A stretch of DNA of 64,000 bases from an uncultured delta proteobacterium (GTDB lineage Bacteria > Myxococcota_A > Polyangia > Polyangiales > Polyangiaceae), in assembly GCA_963806225.1 (NCBI GenBank), contig CAWDXG010000002.1, positions 1 through 64,000 of the forward strand, in the 5' to 3' direction. Positions 32,040 through 41,893 of this stretch are shown in pieces. A program made the translations under genes and the position numbers. The notes under the pieces are model-generated. The model saw nothing but the letters and a program-made list of their open reading frames with translations, was not told the origin of the DNA and ran no database searches. Each line of letters opens with the position of its first letter. The stretch's first letter is position 1.

Positions 32040-32767
32040 GGACAGTCGCCGGCGCGATCGCCATCCTGCTGGGCTCCGCGTGCAGCCTGGCCTGCAGCAG
32101 CAGCACGCCGAGCAGCGGTGCTACAGGCCCGGCCGGGTCACCGGGCATTGCCGTACAGGCACTGCTGCCGAGCGGGGGTCCGGCGTGGAAGCCAGGCGAC
32201 AGCGGCTGCGTCGAGCTCGGGCAGGACGCCAACGCGACGATCGGCGTGGAGGTCAAGCTCGACAACTGGACGCTCCGGCCGCCGTATACCTGCGGCGCGA
32301 CGCCCCAGTGCGGCTACGTCCAGGTCCAGGTCGATCCGCAGGGCGACAACGGCGCGGCGCTCTCCGCGCAGGCCGCGGCCAGCCTGGTGCCGGTTCCGTT
32401 CGCGTCGCTGCCGGGCGCGCTCGGTCAGCACACGCTGCGCGTCGAGCTGCGCGGCGACCACAATGGGCCGGTCATCGACAAGAAGACCGGACAGCCCTAC
32501 GCGGTGGACCTCCAGGTCACGCTGGGCGCGCCAGGAACCTGCGGCGGTGGACCGACGGATGCGGGCAGCGACGCCGACTCGGGCAGCGACGCCGGCGATG
32601 CCGCCGCGGACAGCAGCGACGCGGGAGACGCTTCCAGCGACGCGACCGCCGACTCGGGCAGCGACGCGGGCGACGCTTCCAGCGATGCTGCCGCCGATTC
32701 TGGCGACGCTTCCAGCGACGCGGCCGCCGACTCGGGCAGCGACGCGGGCGACGCCGCGGCGGACTGA
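32036..32767 (+). CDS. Hypothetical lipoprotein with acidic DAG/SDA low-complexity tail
   Basis: CSLAC lipobox; GTG overlaps the MCP stop; tandem SDAGDA repeats at about 32570-32765. Confidence 0.75.
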   Translation: MRTVAGAIAILLGSACSLACSSSTPSSGATGPAGSPGIAVQALLPSGGPAWKPGDSGCVELGQDANATIGVEVKLDNWTLRPPYTCGATPQCGYVQVQVDPQGDNGAALSAQAAASLVPVPFASLPGALGQHTLRVELRGDHNGPVIDKKTGQPYAVDLQVTLGAPGTCGGGPTDAGSDADSGSDAGDAAADSSDAGDASSDATADSGSDAGDASSDAAADSGDASSDAAADSGSDAGDAAAD

Positions 32768-32776
32768 CCGCCTGCG

Positions 32777-34414
32777 TCAGGGATGCACGAACAGCACCGT
32801 GCCCTTGAGCGGTAGCAGCACGCCGTGCCAGCCGACCGGCACCTGCGGGTCGGTCCAGTAGAAGATACGCCGGGCATCCTCGGGCGAGAGGTTGATGCAG
32901 CCATGACTCTTCGGGATGCCGAAGCGGTCATGCCAGTACGCACCGTGCAGCGCGTAGCCCTGCTTGTCGAAGTACTCCACGTACGGCACATCGCGCAGCT
33001 CGAAGCTCTCGCCCACCTCGTCCGAGCTCATCGTGGCCGTGATGTGCTTGGTGTGGATACGGAAGATGCCGCGCTTGGTGGCCGTCGTGTGCTTGGGATC
33101 CTCGAGCCCCGCCTCCCCGCTCGAGATGAGCGTCGCGTACACGGCCTTCGTGCCTTCGTACAACACCAGCGTCTGCTTGGTGAGGTTCACGTCGATCCAC
33201 TTGTCGCCGTTCTTTCCCCAGGCCGGCATGCGCTTGGCCGGGTCGAGACGCGACGCATCCATGTCGCTCAGCCACTTGTGATCCGCGGTCTCGTAATGCA
33301 GCCGCTTGTGGAAGAACTGCTGCTTGCCGGTGAGCTTGATCGCGTGGCGGTAGGGTGCTTCGCCGCCGTCCTTCAACTTGCCGTCCTTGACGACCACATA
33401 GTGCGCACTGGGCTGGCGCACGATCGCGAACGGGAAGTCGATGTCCTGGGGGATCTGGAAGCCGTGGAAATCCGAGCCCTGGATCGGGCGCAGGCGATCG
33501 GTGGGGATCACGAGCAGATCGGTCGTGAGGGCATAGCGACGACCCTGGTAGAGGAACGTCTTGAGGATCGAGTAGCCGACGTGCGATTTCATGTGGCCGA
33601 CGACGAGCGCATCCTTGTCGCGTGGCTTCCTGTAGATATTGGGAGTCGCCGCGTTGTTCTTCAGGAACCACGGCAGCGGGTCGGAGGTCTTGTTCGTCCA
33701 CGCTTCGGCGGGATCCGGGGCGGGCCCGATGCCGCCCATCCATACGTCCTGGGCGTAGCTGGCGCCGATCTCGCCCTTGGCGGCGAGCCACTTCGGCATG
33801 CGTTCGTCGATGCTGGGCTCCGCCTTGCGCAGCTCCGCGGCGGTGGGCAGGCGCGCATAGATCGGTCCCGGACGCCGCACGGTACCGTAGATGTACGGAA
33901 GCTCGCGCAGGGGGTCGGGCGGATACTCGCGCGTCGCGCGCACGATCGGATCGTTCGCGTCGAGCGTGGCGCGACGCCCGATGCACACGTAGCCGCGCGG
34001 CTGTACAGGATACCAGCCGCCCTTGCAGTCCGCGTAGCCCGCGGCCTTGTGGCTGGTCGGGGTCGACGCGCCCGCACGCATGTAGCCGAGCCGCGCCGAA
34101 GACCGGCTCGGGCGCTCGTGGATCCACGTCCGGAGCGCACGGCTGTAGACGCGCGGAGCGCCCGGGTCGACCACCGCAACGCTCAAGGGATGGCTCTTGC
34201 CACTGAGCGAGACAACGGGCGGCTGCGCTGCGACAGGCGGAGCCTTGGGAAGCGGAGCGGCTGCGCTGCCTCGCGCCCCGTCGGCGGAAGCGCGCGGACT
34301 TTCGGAGCCCGTCTCGGCAGGCTCCGCCTTGCTCGTCGGCTCGGCGCGGTGGTGCGAGCACGCCGCCAGCAGCAGCAACAGAGCAGCCGGCTTCGGGAAC
34401 GCTGTCAGCCTCAT
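32777..34414 (-). CDS. L,D-transpeptidase (YkuD domain) lipoprotein
   Basis: LLLAAC lipobox; WIDVNLTKQTL, ISSG, catalytic ALHGAYWH...SHGCINLS. Confidence 0.92.
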   Translation of the reverse strand: MRLTAFPKPAALLLLLAACSHHRAEPTSKAEPAETGSESPRASADGARGSAAAPLPKAPPVAAQPPVVSLSGKSHPLSVAVVDPGAPRVYSRALRTWIHERPSRSSARLGYMRAGASTPTSHKAAGYADCKGGWYPVQPRGYVCIGRRATLDANDPIVRATREYPPDPLRELPYIYGTVRRPGPIYARLPTAAELRKAEPSIDERMPKWLAAKGEIGASYAQDVWMGGIGPAPDPAEAWTNKTSDPLPWFLKNNAATPNIYRKPRDKDALVVGHMKSHVGYSILKTFLYQGRRYALTTDLLVIPTDRLRPIQGSDFHGFQIPQDIDFPFAIVRQPSAHYVVVKDGKLKDGGEAPYRHAIKLTGKQQFFHKRLHYETADHKWLSDMDASRLDPAKRMPAWGKNGDKWIDVNLTKQTLVLYEGTKAVYATLISSGEAGLEDPKHTTATKRGIFRIHTKHITATMSSDEVGESFELRDVPYVEYFDKQGYALHGAYWHDRFGIPKSHGCINLSPEDARRIFYWTDPQVPVGWHGVLLPLKGTVLFVHP

Positions 34415-34569
34415 GCCCCGGCTAGATCGCACAGACGGGCGCGAATCTGCCAGAAAGCGGGCCGCCAAAGCGCCGCAGCGAGCTCGTCCCGGGCCATGGA
34501 AAAGGAAAGGCAGCAGCCCGGGCGGAGGGGGGGTACACCGCGAGCCACTGCCGTGGCCCCTTGTTGCAG

Positions 34570-34655
34570 CAATTCACATGCCGCGGCTAGATTCATGTAA
34601 ATACAAATAGATACGCTATTCATACGGGGCCAATATTTTTCATATATGAAATGTC
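34570..34655. promoter_or_regulatory. AT-rich patch with 14-bp palindrome in a divergent intergenic region
   Basis: 34591-34650 has 17/60 G+C. TTTCATATATGAAA at 34638-34651 and repeated TTCAT half-sites. Confidence 0.55.
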
Positions 34656-34841
34656 TTCGTCGGATCAGAAATGCGCGCCGGCGCCGAGCGCGCTCCGATT
34701 CGGGCGCTCCGGCTGCACGCAGACTGGGGGGCAGGAAGGATGCGCTGCAAAACTGGTCGACATCCCGCCGCGCTGATCTAGCTTCGCGCCCGCGGATCGC
34801 GGGCGTCCGGCAGGCCATCAGGACATGAACGCGCACCTCGA

Positions 34842-35813
34842 ATGCTCCTCAGCCACGTAAGCCCAGAACGGCTCGAATTCAGCCGCTATCGGCGAACCCG
34901 CGCCCCGGTTCTCGTGGGCGTCGCCTTCGCGGCCTTGGCGCTGTTGCCGCTCCTCTCGCCGGGTCCCGTCACGGCGTGGCGCGTCATCACGTCGGCAGTG
35001 CTGCTGCTCTCGGCGATCCTGCTCATCCGGTTCACCCGTCCTCGCTGGACCCATGTCGTCTTGCGGGTGCGCGATCGCGTTCTGGAACGCGACGGGCTCG
35101 AGATCCCGCTCGGCGACTGCGCCGTGCAGTTGGTCGGCGCGCGCGACGAGGCCCCCCCCTACCCGGGGGCGACGTACCGCGCCGAGCTCGTGCTCCCCGA
35201 CGCCGACGGTCGCCGCGAGCTATTGCTCGAGCGTGACGAGCCTGCCGGCGTGCTGTCCGACTTGATCCGAATCCGCGCGGTGCTTCCGCTGCCGGTACGG
35301 GGCGGCTGGGGACTGCCGGCTGATGCAGCGCCGTGGGACACGCCGAAGCAGGAACAGTCGCCGCCGAGACGTGGCGGCGCGCCGATCGACGCGCTGGTGC
35401 GGCGCCATCCGGCACAACGCTCCTCGGCGGTGACGACGCTCATCGGCGGCATCGGCACCGCGACGGCGATGGGCATCATGATCGGCGCGCAGCGCGAGCG
35501 CGGCCTTCCCGTCTCGGCGTTGAGCCTGACACTCGCCGGCGCAACAGTGGTCCTGATCGTGCTGATCGGCGCGTTCATCGCATCCGATCGATTGCGCATC
35601 CAGGGCGACGACGAGCTGTGCATCGAACGCCGCGCGCTCGGGATCGCCTGGAAGCGCCAGACCATCCAGCGCAGCGCGTTGCGTCACGCCTGGACGGTCG
35701 GACCCGACCCTGCCGAACCGCACCACCTGCTCCTGCAGCTGGACAGCGGCCTCCTCGCCCTGCCCTGCGTCGGCGACCAGGCACGAAAGCTCCAGTCACA
35801 GCTCGACGCCTGA
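34842..35813 (+). CDS. Hypothetical membrane protein (two TM pairs, apparently internally duplicated)
   Basis: Two hydrophobic hairpins, each followed by a beta-rich segment. Confidence 0.65.
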   Translation: MLLSHVSPERLEFSRYRRTRAPVLVGVAFAALALLPLLSPGPVTAWRVITSAVLLLSAILLIRFTRPRWTHVVLRVRDRVLERDGLEIPLGDCAVQLVGARDEAPPYPGATYRAELVLPDADGRRELLLERDEPAGVLSDLIRIRAVLPLPVRGGWGLPADAAPWDTPKQEQSPPRRGGAPIDALVRRHPAQRSSAVTTLIGGIGTATAMGIMIGAQRERGLPVSALSLTLAGATVVLIVLIGAFIASDRLRIQGDDELCIERRALGIAWKRQTIQRSALRHAWTVGPDPAEPHHLLLQLDSGLLALPCVGDQARKLQSQLDA

Positions 35814-35887
35814 TCAGGCGGCGCACATAGCACGAGCGCCCGTCCGGATCACCGGACAGGCGCTCGTCAGCCGTACGACGCAGAGCG

Positions 35888-36532
35888 TTACTCAGTGCCG
35901 GCGTCGGTGATGCCACCGGTGCCGCCGGTGCTGCCACCGGTGCCGCCCATGCCAGCCGTGCCGCCCGTGCCAGCCGTGCCGCCCGTGCCGCCCGTGCCGC
36001 CCGTGCCAGCCGTGCCGCCCGTGCCGCCGGTACCGCCCGTACCGGCATCGTTGAGACCGGCGCAGATGGTGTCAGGAATTCCCGAGCAGGTCGCGAAGTC
36101 CTGCAGGCAGTTGTTGGCGCAGAGGCACTTGTTGCACTGGACATCGCTGCCCAGACAATCCCCGACGCACTTGCTCAAACCGCAGTTGACCGACCCGACG
36201 AAGCAGGTTGCGCAATCTTTCGAGATCGAATTGTTGGTGCTCGTCTCGATGCAGTCCTGGATGCACTGGCTCTTCTCTGCGTCGGTCGACTTGTTCAGGC
36301 AGCCGCCAAGCGCGCAGTCGCGAGCGATGGTGTTGACGGAACGCGTGCCAGCGTCCGGGGTGCTGCCCGGATAGTCCTTGCCTATAGCGTCCTGATCGCT
36401 CTGACTGGTGCACTTGCCCGCGGTGGTGCCACCTGAACCCCCAGTCCCATTGTTGTCGTTGCTGGAGCAGGCGAACCCGCTCGACAGCGCTAGAGCCAGA
36501 AACGGAATCGCGACGATAAAGCGTGCTTTCAT
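35888..36532 (-). CDS. Cys-rich lipoprotein with C-terminal GGTG repeats
   Basis: MKARFIVAIPFLALALSSGFAC; several CxxC(xxxC) motifs; GTGG tandem repeats at about 35915-36045. Confidence 0.8.
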   Translation of the reverse strand: MKARFIVAIPFLALALSSGFACSSNDNNGTGGSGGTTAGKCTSQSDQDAIGKDYPGSTPDAGTRSVNTIARDCALGGCLNKSTDAEKSQCIQDCIETSTNNSISKDCATCFVGSVNCGLSKCVGDCLGSDVQCNKCLCANNCLQDFATCSGIPDTICAGLNDAGTGGTGGTGGTAGTGGTGGTGGTAGTGGTAGMGGTGGSTGGTGGITDAGTE

Positions 36533-36758
36533 GCCGCGTACTCTGATCACGGCCTGTCCGGGAATCAATCCACATATTCCACCCGCCGGTCGTTTTTGTT
36601 GAATTGTGGCCGGCCGCCCAGCCTTCCGTCGCATCCGCGCAATCCCTGCCTGTTTGCTGATAATCTCGCGCCTTGCTGCACACTATGCAGGGGGCGACGG
36701 CGGCTCGCGCAGCGCTGCGGGTCGTGCCCAGCGATCCAGACCACCCCAAGGAGCCACG

Positions 36759-37366
<608 letters not shown>

Positions 37367-37367
<1 letters not shown>

Positions 37368-37612
37368 TGAAACGCGCGATCGCCGTGTGTAGCGTGCTTC
37401 TGCTGACCACCGTCGCGTGCAGCAAGAAGGACAACTCGAACTCCTCGTCCACGAGCGGCCAGAGCGCGGCCGCCTCGGCGGCGCCGGCCAGCTCCGTGGC
37501 CGACTCGCAGATCCCGACCGAAGAGGACTACGAGGAAGAGGCCGCGCAGAAGGTCACCGCGCAGAACCTCGACGACCAGCTCGACAAGCTCGAGAAGGAA
37601 ATCAACCAGTAG
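37367..37612 (+). CDS. Small acidic lipoprotein (81 aa)
   Basis: AAAGGAG SD; TGATG coupling; MKRAIAVCSVLLLTTVAC lipobox; IPTEEDYEEEA...LDKLEKEI. Confidence 0.85.
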
Positions 37613-37640
37613 ACCCGCCACCCCGGCCACCCGGACAACA

Positions 37641-37678
37641 GCCGCGGGACCGGCCGAATTGGCCTGTCCCGCGGTTTT
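37641..37678 (+). terminator. Probable intrinsic terminator
   Basis: CCGCGGGAC-C-GGCC-GAATT-GGCC-T-GTCCCGCGG stem followed by TTTT, about 30 nt after the stop at 37612. Confidence 0.65.
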
Positions 37679-37685
37679 GCGATAG

Positions 37686-39117
37686 GTGGCTCCGGTGCGG
37701 AGTCTGTCTTTTTCCACCAGCCTGCTGCTCGCCGGCCTGCTCGTCGCCGGCTGCAGCAATCACAAGAAAACCCACTCCTCGGCGACTGCCCCGCCCAGCG
37801 CAAAGCCGGCAGGGAGCGGCGCTTCTGCGCCGGCCGCGAGCTCGGCTGCCGCCGTGGCCAGCGCTCCGAAAGGGCGCCCGGACAAGCCGCTGAACGTCCT
37901 GCTCATCACGGTCGACGCGATGCGCTCCGACATGCCGTGGAACGGCTACTCGCGCCCGATAGCTCCGAACCTGTCGAAGCTCGTCGCCGAGAGCGTCTAC
38001 TACGACCACGCCTACTCGATCTCGAGCTACACGGCGAAGAGCCTCGGCGGGCTACTCGCTGGGCGCTACCCGTCGACGCTGTATCGCAGCGCGTACTTCT
38101 TCACGGGCTACTCGAAGGCCAACCTGTTCTTCAGCGAGGTGCTGCAGGAGCACGGCATCCGGACCATCGGCGGCCAGGCCCACATGTACTTCAACCGCGG
38201 CAAGGGCCTCGATCAGGGCTTCGAACGTCTGGCAGCTGGTGCCGGGCATCACGTTCGATCCGCAGACGGACAACGACATCACCAGCGACAAGATGACGAA
38301 GATGGCAATCGACATCCTGTCGAAGCCCGAGAACACCGGAAAGCAGTTTTTCGCCTGGTTCCACTATCTGGACCCGCACGACAAGTACAACTGGCACGAC
38401 ATGTGTCCCAAGGACTGGGGCCACAAGGCGCGCGATCGCTACGACTGCGAGATCTTCTTCACCGATCACTACATCGGCAAGCTGCTGGACTGGGCCAAGC
38501 AGCAGAGCTGGTGGAAGAACACGGCGGTCATCCTGTCGGCCGATCACGGCGAGGCTTTCGGCGAGCACGGCGAGTACCGGCATGCGTTCGAGCTGTGGCA
38601 GGAGCTGGTGCACGTCCCCCTCGCCTTCAAGCTGCCGGGCGTCGAACCCCGCCGCGTCCACGTCCGGCGTTCGGACATCGATCTCGCGCCGACGATCGTC
38701 GATCTGATGGGCCAGAAGCCAGCCCCCAGCTTCGAAGGAAAGACGATGGTGCCGGAGCTCTACGGCGCCGAGAAGCCCGGGAATCGCGACCCGATCATCC
38801 TGGATCTACCGAACGACACGAACAACGAGCGGCGTCGCGCGATCATCGACGGCGACTACAAGTTGATCGTGTTCGGCAACGGCTGGAAGCACGTGCTGTT
38901 CAACCTGAAGAAGGACCCCGGCGAAAAGCACGATCTGTCGCACGAAGAGCCCGACAAGTTCGAACAGATGAAGAAGCTCGAAGAGGAGACGTTCAAGAAG
39001 CTGCCGGTGATACTCCCGTACGGCGGCATCAAGATCAAAGGCGGCAAGACCGCCAACGGGCCGATGGGTCCGCCGAAGACAGACAAGGACGCGCCCACGA
39101 AGGGAGCGGCGAAGTGA
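37686..39117 (+). CDS. Sulfatase-like/alkaline-phosphatase-superfamily lipoprotein 1 (frameshift near 38224)
   Basis: LVAGC lipobox; NVLLITVDAMRSD, SSYTAKS, HYLDPH, SADHGE, HAFEL..ELVHVPL. Continues in ORF 38239..39117. Confidence 0.85.
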
Positions 39118-40487
39118 AGCACGTCGCGAGCGTCGCCACGCTGCTTCTCGCCGGTGCCTGCGCGAGCCCCGCACCGCCACCGAGCCCCGCGCCGCTCCCT
39201 GCCCCGCCTGCGAAAGCGGCTGCGCCCGCCCAGAGCGCCCAACCCGACAAGCCCGCCGCGCCAGAGGCAAAGGCGAAGCCCGTGCCGGCCAAGCCCACTG
39301 GACCTGACCGGCCGATGAACGTGATGCTGATCCTGGTCGACAGCATGCGGGCCGACATGCCGTGGGCCGGCTATCCCCGGAAGATCGCGCCCAACCTGAC
39401 GGCTCTGGAGAAAGAGAGCGTGAGCTACACGCGCGCCTACTCCGTCTCCAGCTACACCGCCAAGAGCGTCGCCGCGGTCCTTTCCGGGCAGTACCCGGAC
39501 GAGCTGAAACGCAGCGGCTACTTCTTCACCAAGTACCCGGACAGCGATCTGTTCTTCCCCGAGCTCCTGCACAAGGCCGGCGTGTACACGATGGCCACTC
39601 ACGGGCACATGTACCTGGCTCCGGGACACAGCGGAATGGACCAGGGTTTCGACGACTGGCGCGTGGTCAGCGGCATCAAGTTCGACAACACGAAGGACGA
39701 CTTCGTCACCAGCGACAAGATGACGCCGCTCGCGGAGAAGCAGCTGTCCGCAGCGCCGAAGGGCAAGCCCTTCTTCATCTACATGCACTACATGGATCCG
39801 CACAACGTCTACGTGAAGCACAAGGAGTCGCCGGACTGGGGCAACAAGCGGCGCGACAAGTACGACTCCGAGGTGTTCTTCACCGACCTGTGGATCGGCA
39901 AGCTGCTCGACTTCTGCAAGCAGCAACCGTGGTGGAAGAAGACGGTCGTCATCGTCAGCGCCGACCACGGCGAGGCGTTCGGCGAGCATCACATGTTCCG
40001 CCATGCGTTCGAGCTCTGGAACATGCTCACCCATGTGCCGCTCTTCATCCACGTGCCGGGCGTGGATGGGCGCCACATCGACACGCCGCGCAGCGACATC
40101 GATCTAGCGCCCACGGTGCTCGACCTGATGGGCGTGAAGGGCGACGACAAGCTCGAGGGCAAGAGCCTTGTTCCGGAGCTCTACGGCGCGAAGGCCGAGC
40201 CGCGGCCGGTGCTCATCAATCTGCCGGCCGACAGCAACAACCCCGAGCGCCACGCGCTGGTGGACGGTGACTACAAGCTCTTGTCGTTCGGCAACGACTG
40301 GCGCTTCGACCTGTACAACCTGAAGAAGGACCCAGGCGAGACGCACAAGCTCAACAAGGAAGAGCCGGACCGCCTCGAGAAGATGAAGGCGGAGTACAAG
40401 AAGCTCTGGGGCAAGGTCCCCGCCGTGAAACCCTACGGCGGCAACAAGCTCATCGGCGGCGGCGTGGCGAACGGGCCCCGCAACTAG
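39114..40487 (+). CDS. Sulfatase-like/alkaline-phosphatase-superfamily lipoprotein 2 (tandem paralogue)
   Basis: GTG overlaps the previous TGA; LLAGAC lipobox; NVMLILVDSMRAD, SSYTAKS, HYMDPH, SADHGE. Confidence 0.88.
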   Translation: MKHVASVATLLLAGACASPAPPPSPAPLPAPPAKAAAPAQSAQPDKPAAPEAKAKPVPAKPTGPDRPMNVMLILVDSMRADMPWAGYPRKIAPNLTALEKESVSYTRAYSVSSYTAKSVAAVLSGQYPDELKRSGYFFTKYPDSDLFFPELLHKAGVYTMATHGHMYLAPGHSGMDQGFDDWRVVSGIKFDNTKDDFVTSDKMTPLAEKQLSAAPKGKPFFIYMHYMDPHNVYVKHKESPDWGNKRRDKYDSEVFFTDLWIGKLLDFCKQQPWWKKTVVIVSADHGEAFGEHHMFRHAFELWNMLTHVPLFIHVPGVDGRHIDTPRSDIDLAPTVLDLMGVKGDDKLEGKSLVPELYGAKAEPRPVLINLPADSNNPERHALVDGDYKLLSFGNDWRFDLYNLKKDPGETHKLNKEEPDRLEKMKAEYKKLWGKVPAVKPYGGNKLIGGGVANGPRN

Positions 40488-40586
40488 CCGCCGCGCCCGG
40501 GCGCGCTCTCGCCCGGTGTCGCACATCGTCCTACCAAAGACTGCCCGGATGTTGCGGGGCTGCAGCCGGCCCGCTACGGGAACGAC

Positions 40587-41834
40587 ATGCGAATTGCTTC
40601 CTTGGTCGCGACGGGATGTGTGTGTGTGCTTCCTCTGCTGATGACCGCGTGCGGCGGCAGCAGCACCGACACCGGCGGGGGTGGTAGTGGCGGCAGCGCC
40701 GGCAGCGCGACCGGCGGCACCGGCGGCACCGCAACGGGCGGCGCGGCCGGGACCGGCGGTGCGGCTGGAACGGGCGGGGGCGCTGGAACCGGTGGCACGG
40801 CGGGCGCCCCGACGCTGGGGCAACCCATCAGCGCGCCCGACAAGACCTGGACCTGGGTCCCCTTCCCGCAGGCGAAATGCCGGGACGGCTCCAGCACCGG
40901 CATCGGGGTCAACCTGAACAGCGCTTCGGACAAGGTCGCCATCTACCTCGAGGGCGGCGGCGCCTGCTTCAACTCGATCCTGTGCGCGACGAATCCGAGC
41001 CACTTCGACCAGAGCACCTTCAACTCGCGCAAGGGCTCGCTGGCGGGCATCTTCGACCGCGGTCAGGCGAAGAACCCGCTCAAGGACTGGAACTACGTCT
41101 ACGTGCCGTACTGCACAGGCGACGTGCACGCGGGCGACAAGCCGGACGGCAGCATCCCCGGCCTCGCCGGAACCCAGCAGTTCGTCGGCTACAGCGACAT
41201 GTCGCAGTATCTCGCGCGGATCGTGCCGACGTTCAGCGGCGCTTCCCAGGTGCTGCTCACGGGATCCAGCGCCGGCGGCTTCGGCTCGGCGGCGAATTTC
41301 CTGCAGACCCAACGGTACTTCGGATCGGTCCCGGTGGACCTGCTCGACGACTCCGGCCCACCCATGCCTGCCCCGGCCATCCCGGCTTGCCTGGAGGACC
41401 AGCTCAGGAAGCTGTGGAACATGGACGCCACGATTCTCAAGGCCTGCGGCAGCCACTGTCCGGACAAGACCAACTACCTGTCCGACATGATCAAGTACGT
41501 GGCCGAGAAGTACCCGACGCGGCAGCTCTCCGTGGTCTCCAGCGTCGCGGACAGCACGATTCGTGGCTTCTTGTCGTTCGGCCAGAACAACTGCAACTAC
41601 GCGCAGATGGGTGCCCAGCAGTTCCAGAACGGGCTGATGGACATGCGCACGGCGATGCAGAGCTACAAGAACTTCGGCACGTACTACGTCGGACAGTGCG
41701 GCTCGAACCCCTGCTCGCACCACACCTGGCTCATGGACAACGCGCACTTCTACGGAACGACCGTCGGCGGCACCGCCCTGCCCGACTACGTCGCAGCGCT
41801 CGTCTCCGGCAGTGTGAGCAACGTCGGCCCGTAG
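40587..41834 (+). CDS. Pectinacetylesterase/Notum-family hydrolase lipoprotein
   Basis: LMTAC lipobox; CRDGS, YLEGGGACF, WNYVYVPYCTGDVHAG, LTGSSAGGFG nucleophile elbow. Confidence 0.88.
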   Translation: MRIASLVATGCVCVLPLLMTACGGSSTDTGGGGSGGSAGSATGGTGGTATGGAAGTGGAAGTGGGAGTGGTAGAPTLGQPISAPDKTWTWVPFPQAKCRDGSSTGIGVNLNSASDKVAIYLEGGGACFNSILCATNPSHFDQSTFNSRKGSLAGIFDRGQAKNPLKDWNYVYVPYCTGDVHAGDKPDGSIPGLAGTQQFVGYSDMSQYLARIVPTFSGASQVLLTGSSAGGFGSAANFLQTQRYFGSVPVDLLDDSGPPMPAPAIPACLEDQLRKLWNMDATILKACGSHCPDKTNYLSDMIKYVAEKYPTRQLSVVSSVADSTIRGFLSFGQNNCNYAQMGAQQFQNGLMDMRTAMQSYKNFGTYYVGQCGSNPCSHHTWLMDNAHFYGTTVGGTALPDYVAALVSGSVSNVGP

Positions 41835-41893
41835 ACGCTGACGGCCGTCAGCCCCGGCGCGCGGTCGATTCCATTTCGACCTACCTTGGCGGC

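Noticed and set aside
34570..34655. AT-rich patch as replication origin
   Set aside because: No DnaA boxes seen nearby and no dnaA/dnaN/parAB-type genes in the window.
32570..36045. Short tandem DNA repeats at about 32570-32765 and 35915-36045 (also about 17800-17890) as non-coding arrays
   Set aside because: They are in-frame low-complexity linkers (SDAGDA, GTGG) of lipoproteins.
37686..40487. 933-aa double-sulfatase fusion ORF
   Set aside because: Artefact of the frameshift near 38224. The middle of the ORF is out-of-frame sequence, and the second gene has its own start and lipobox at 39114.
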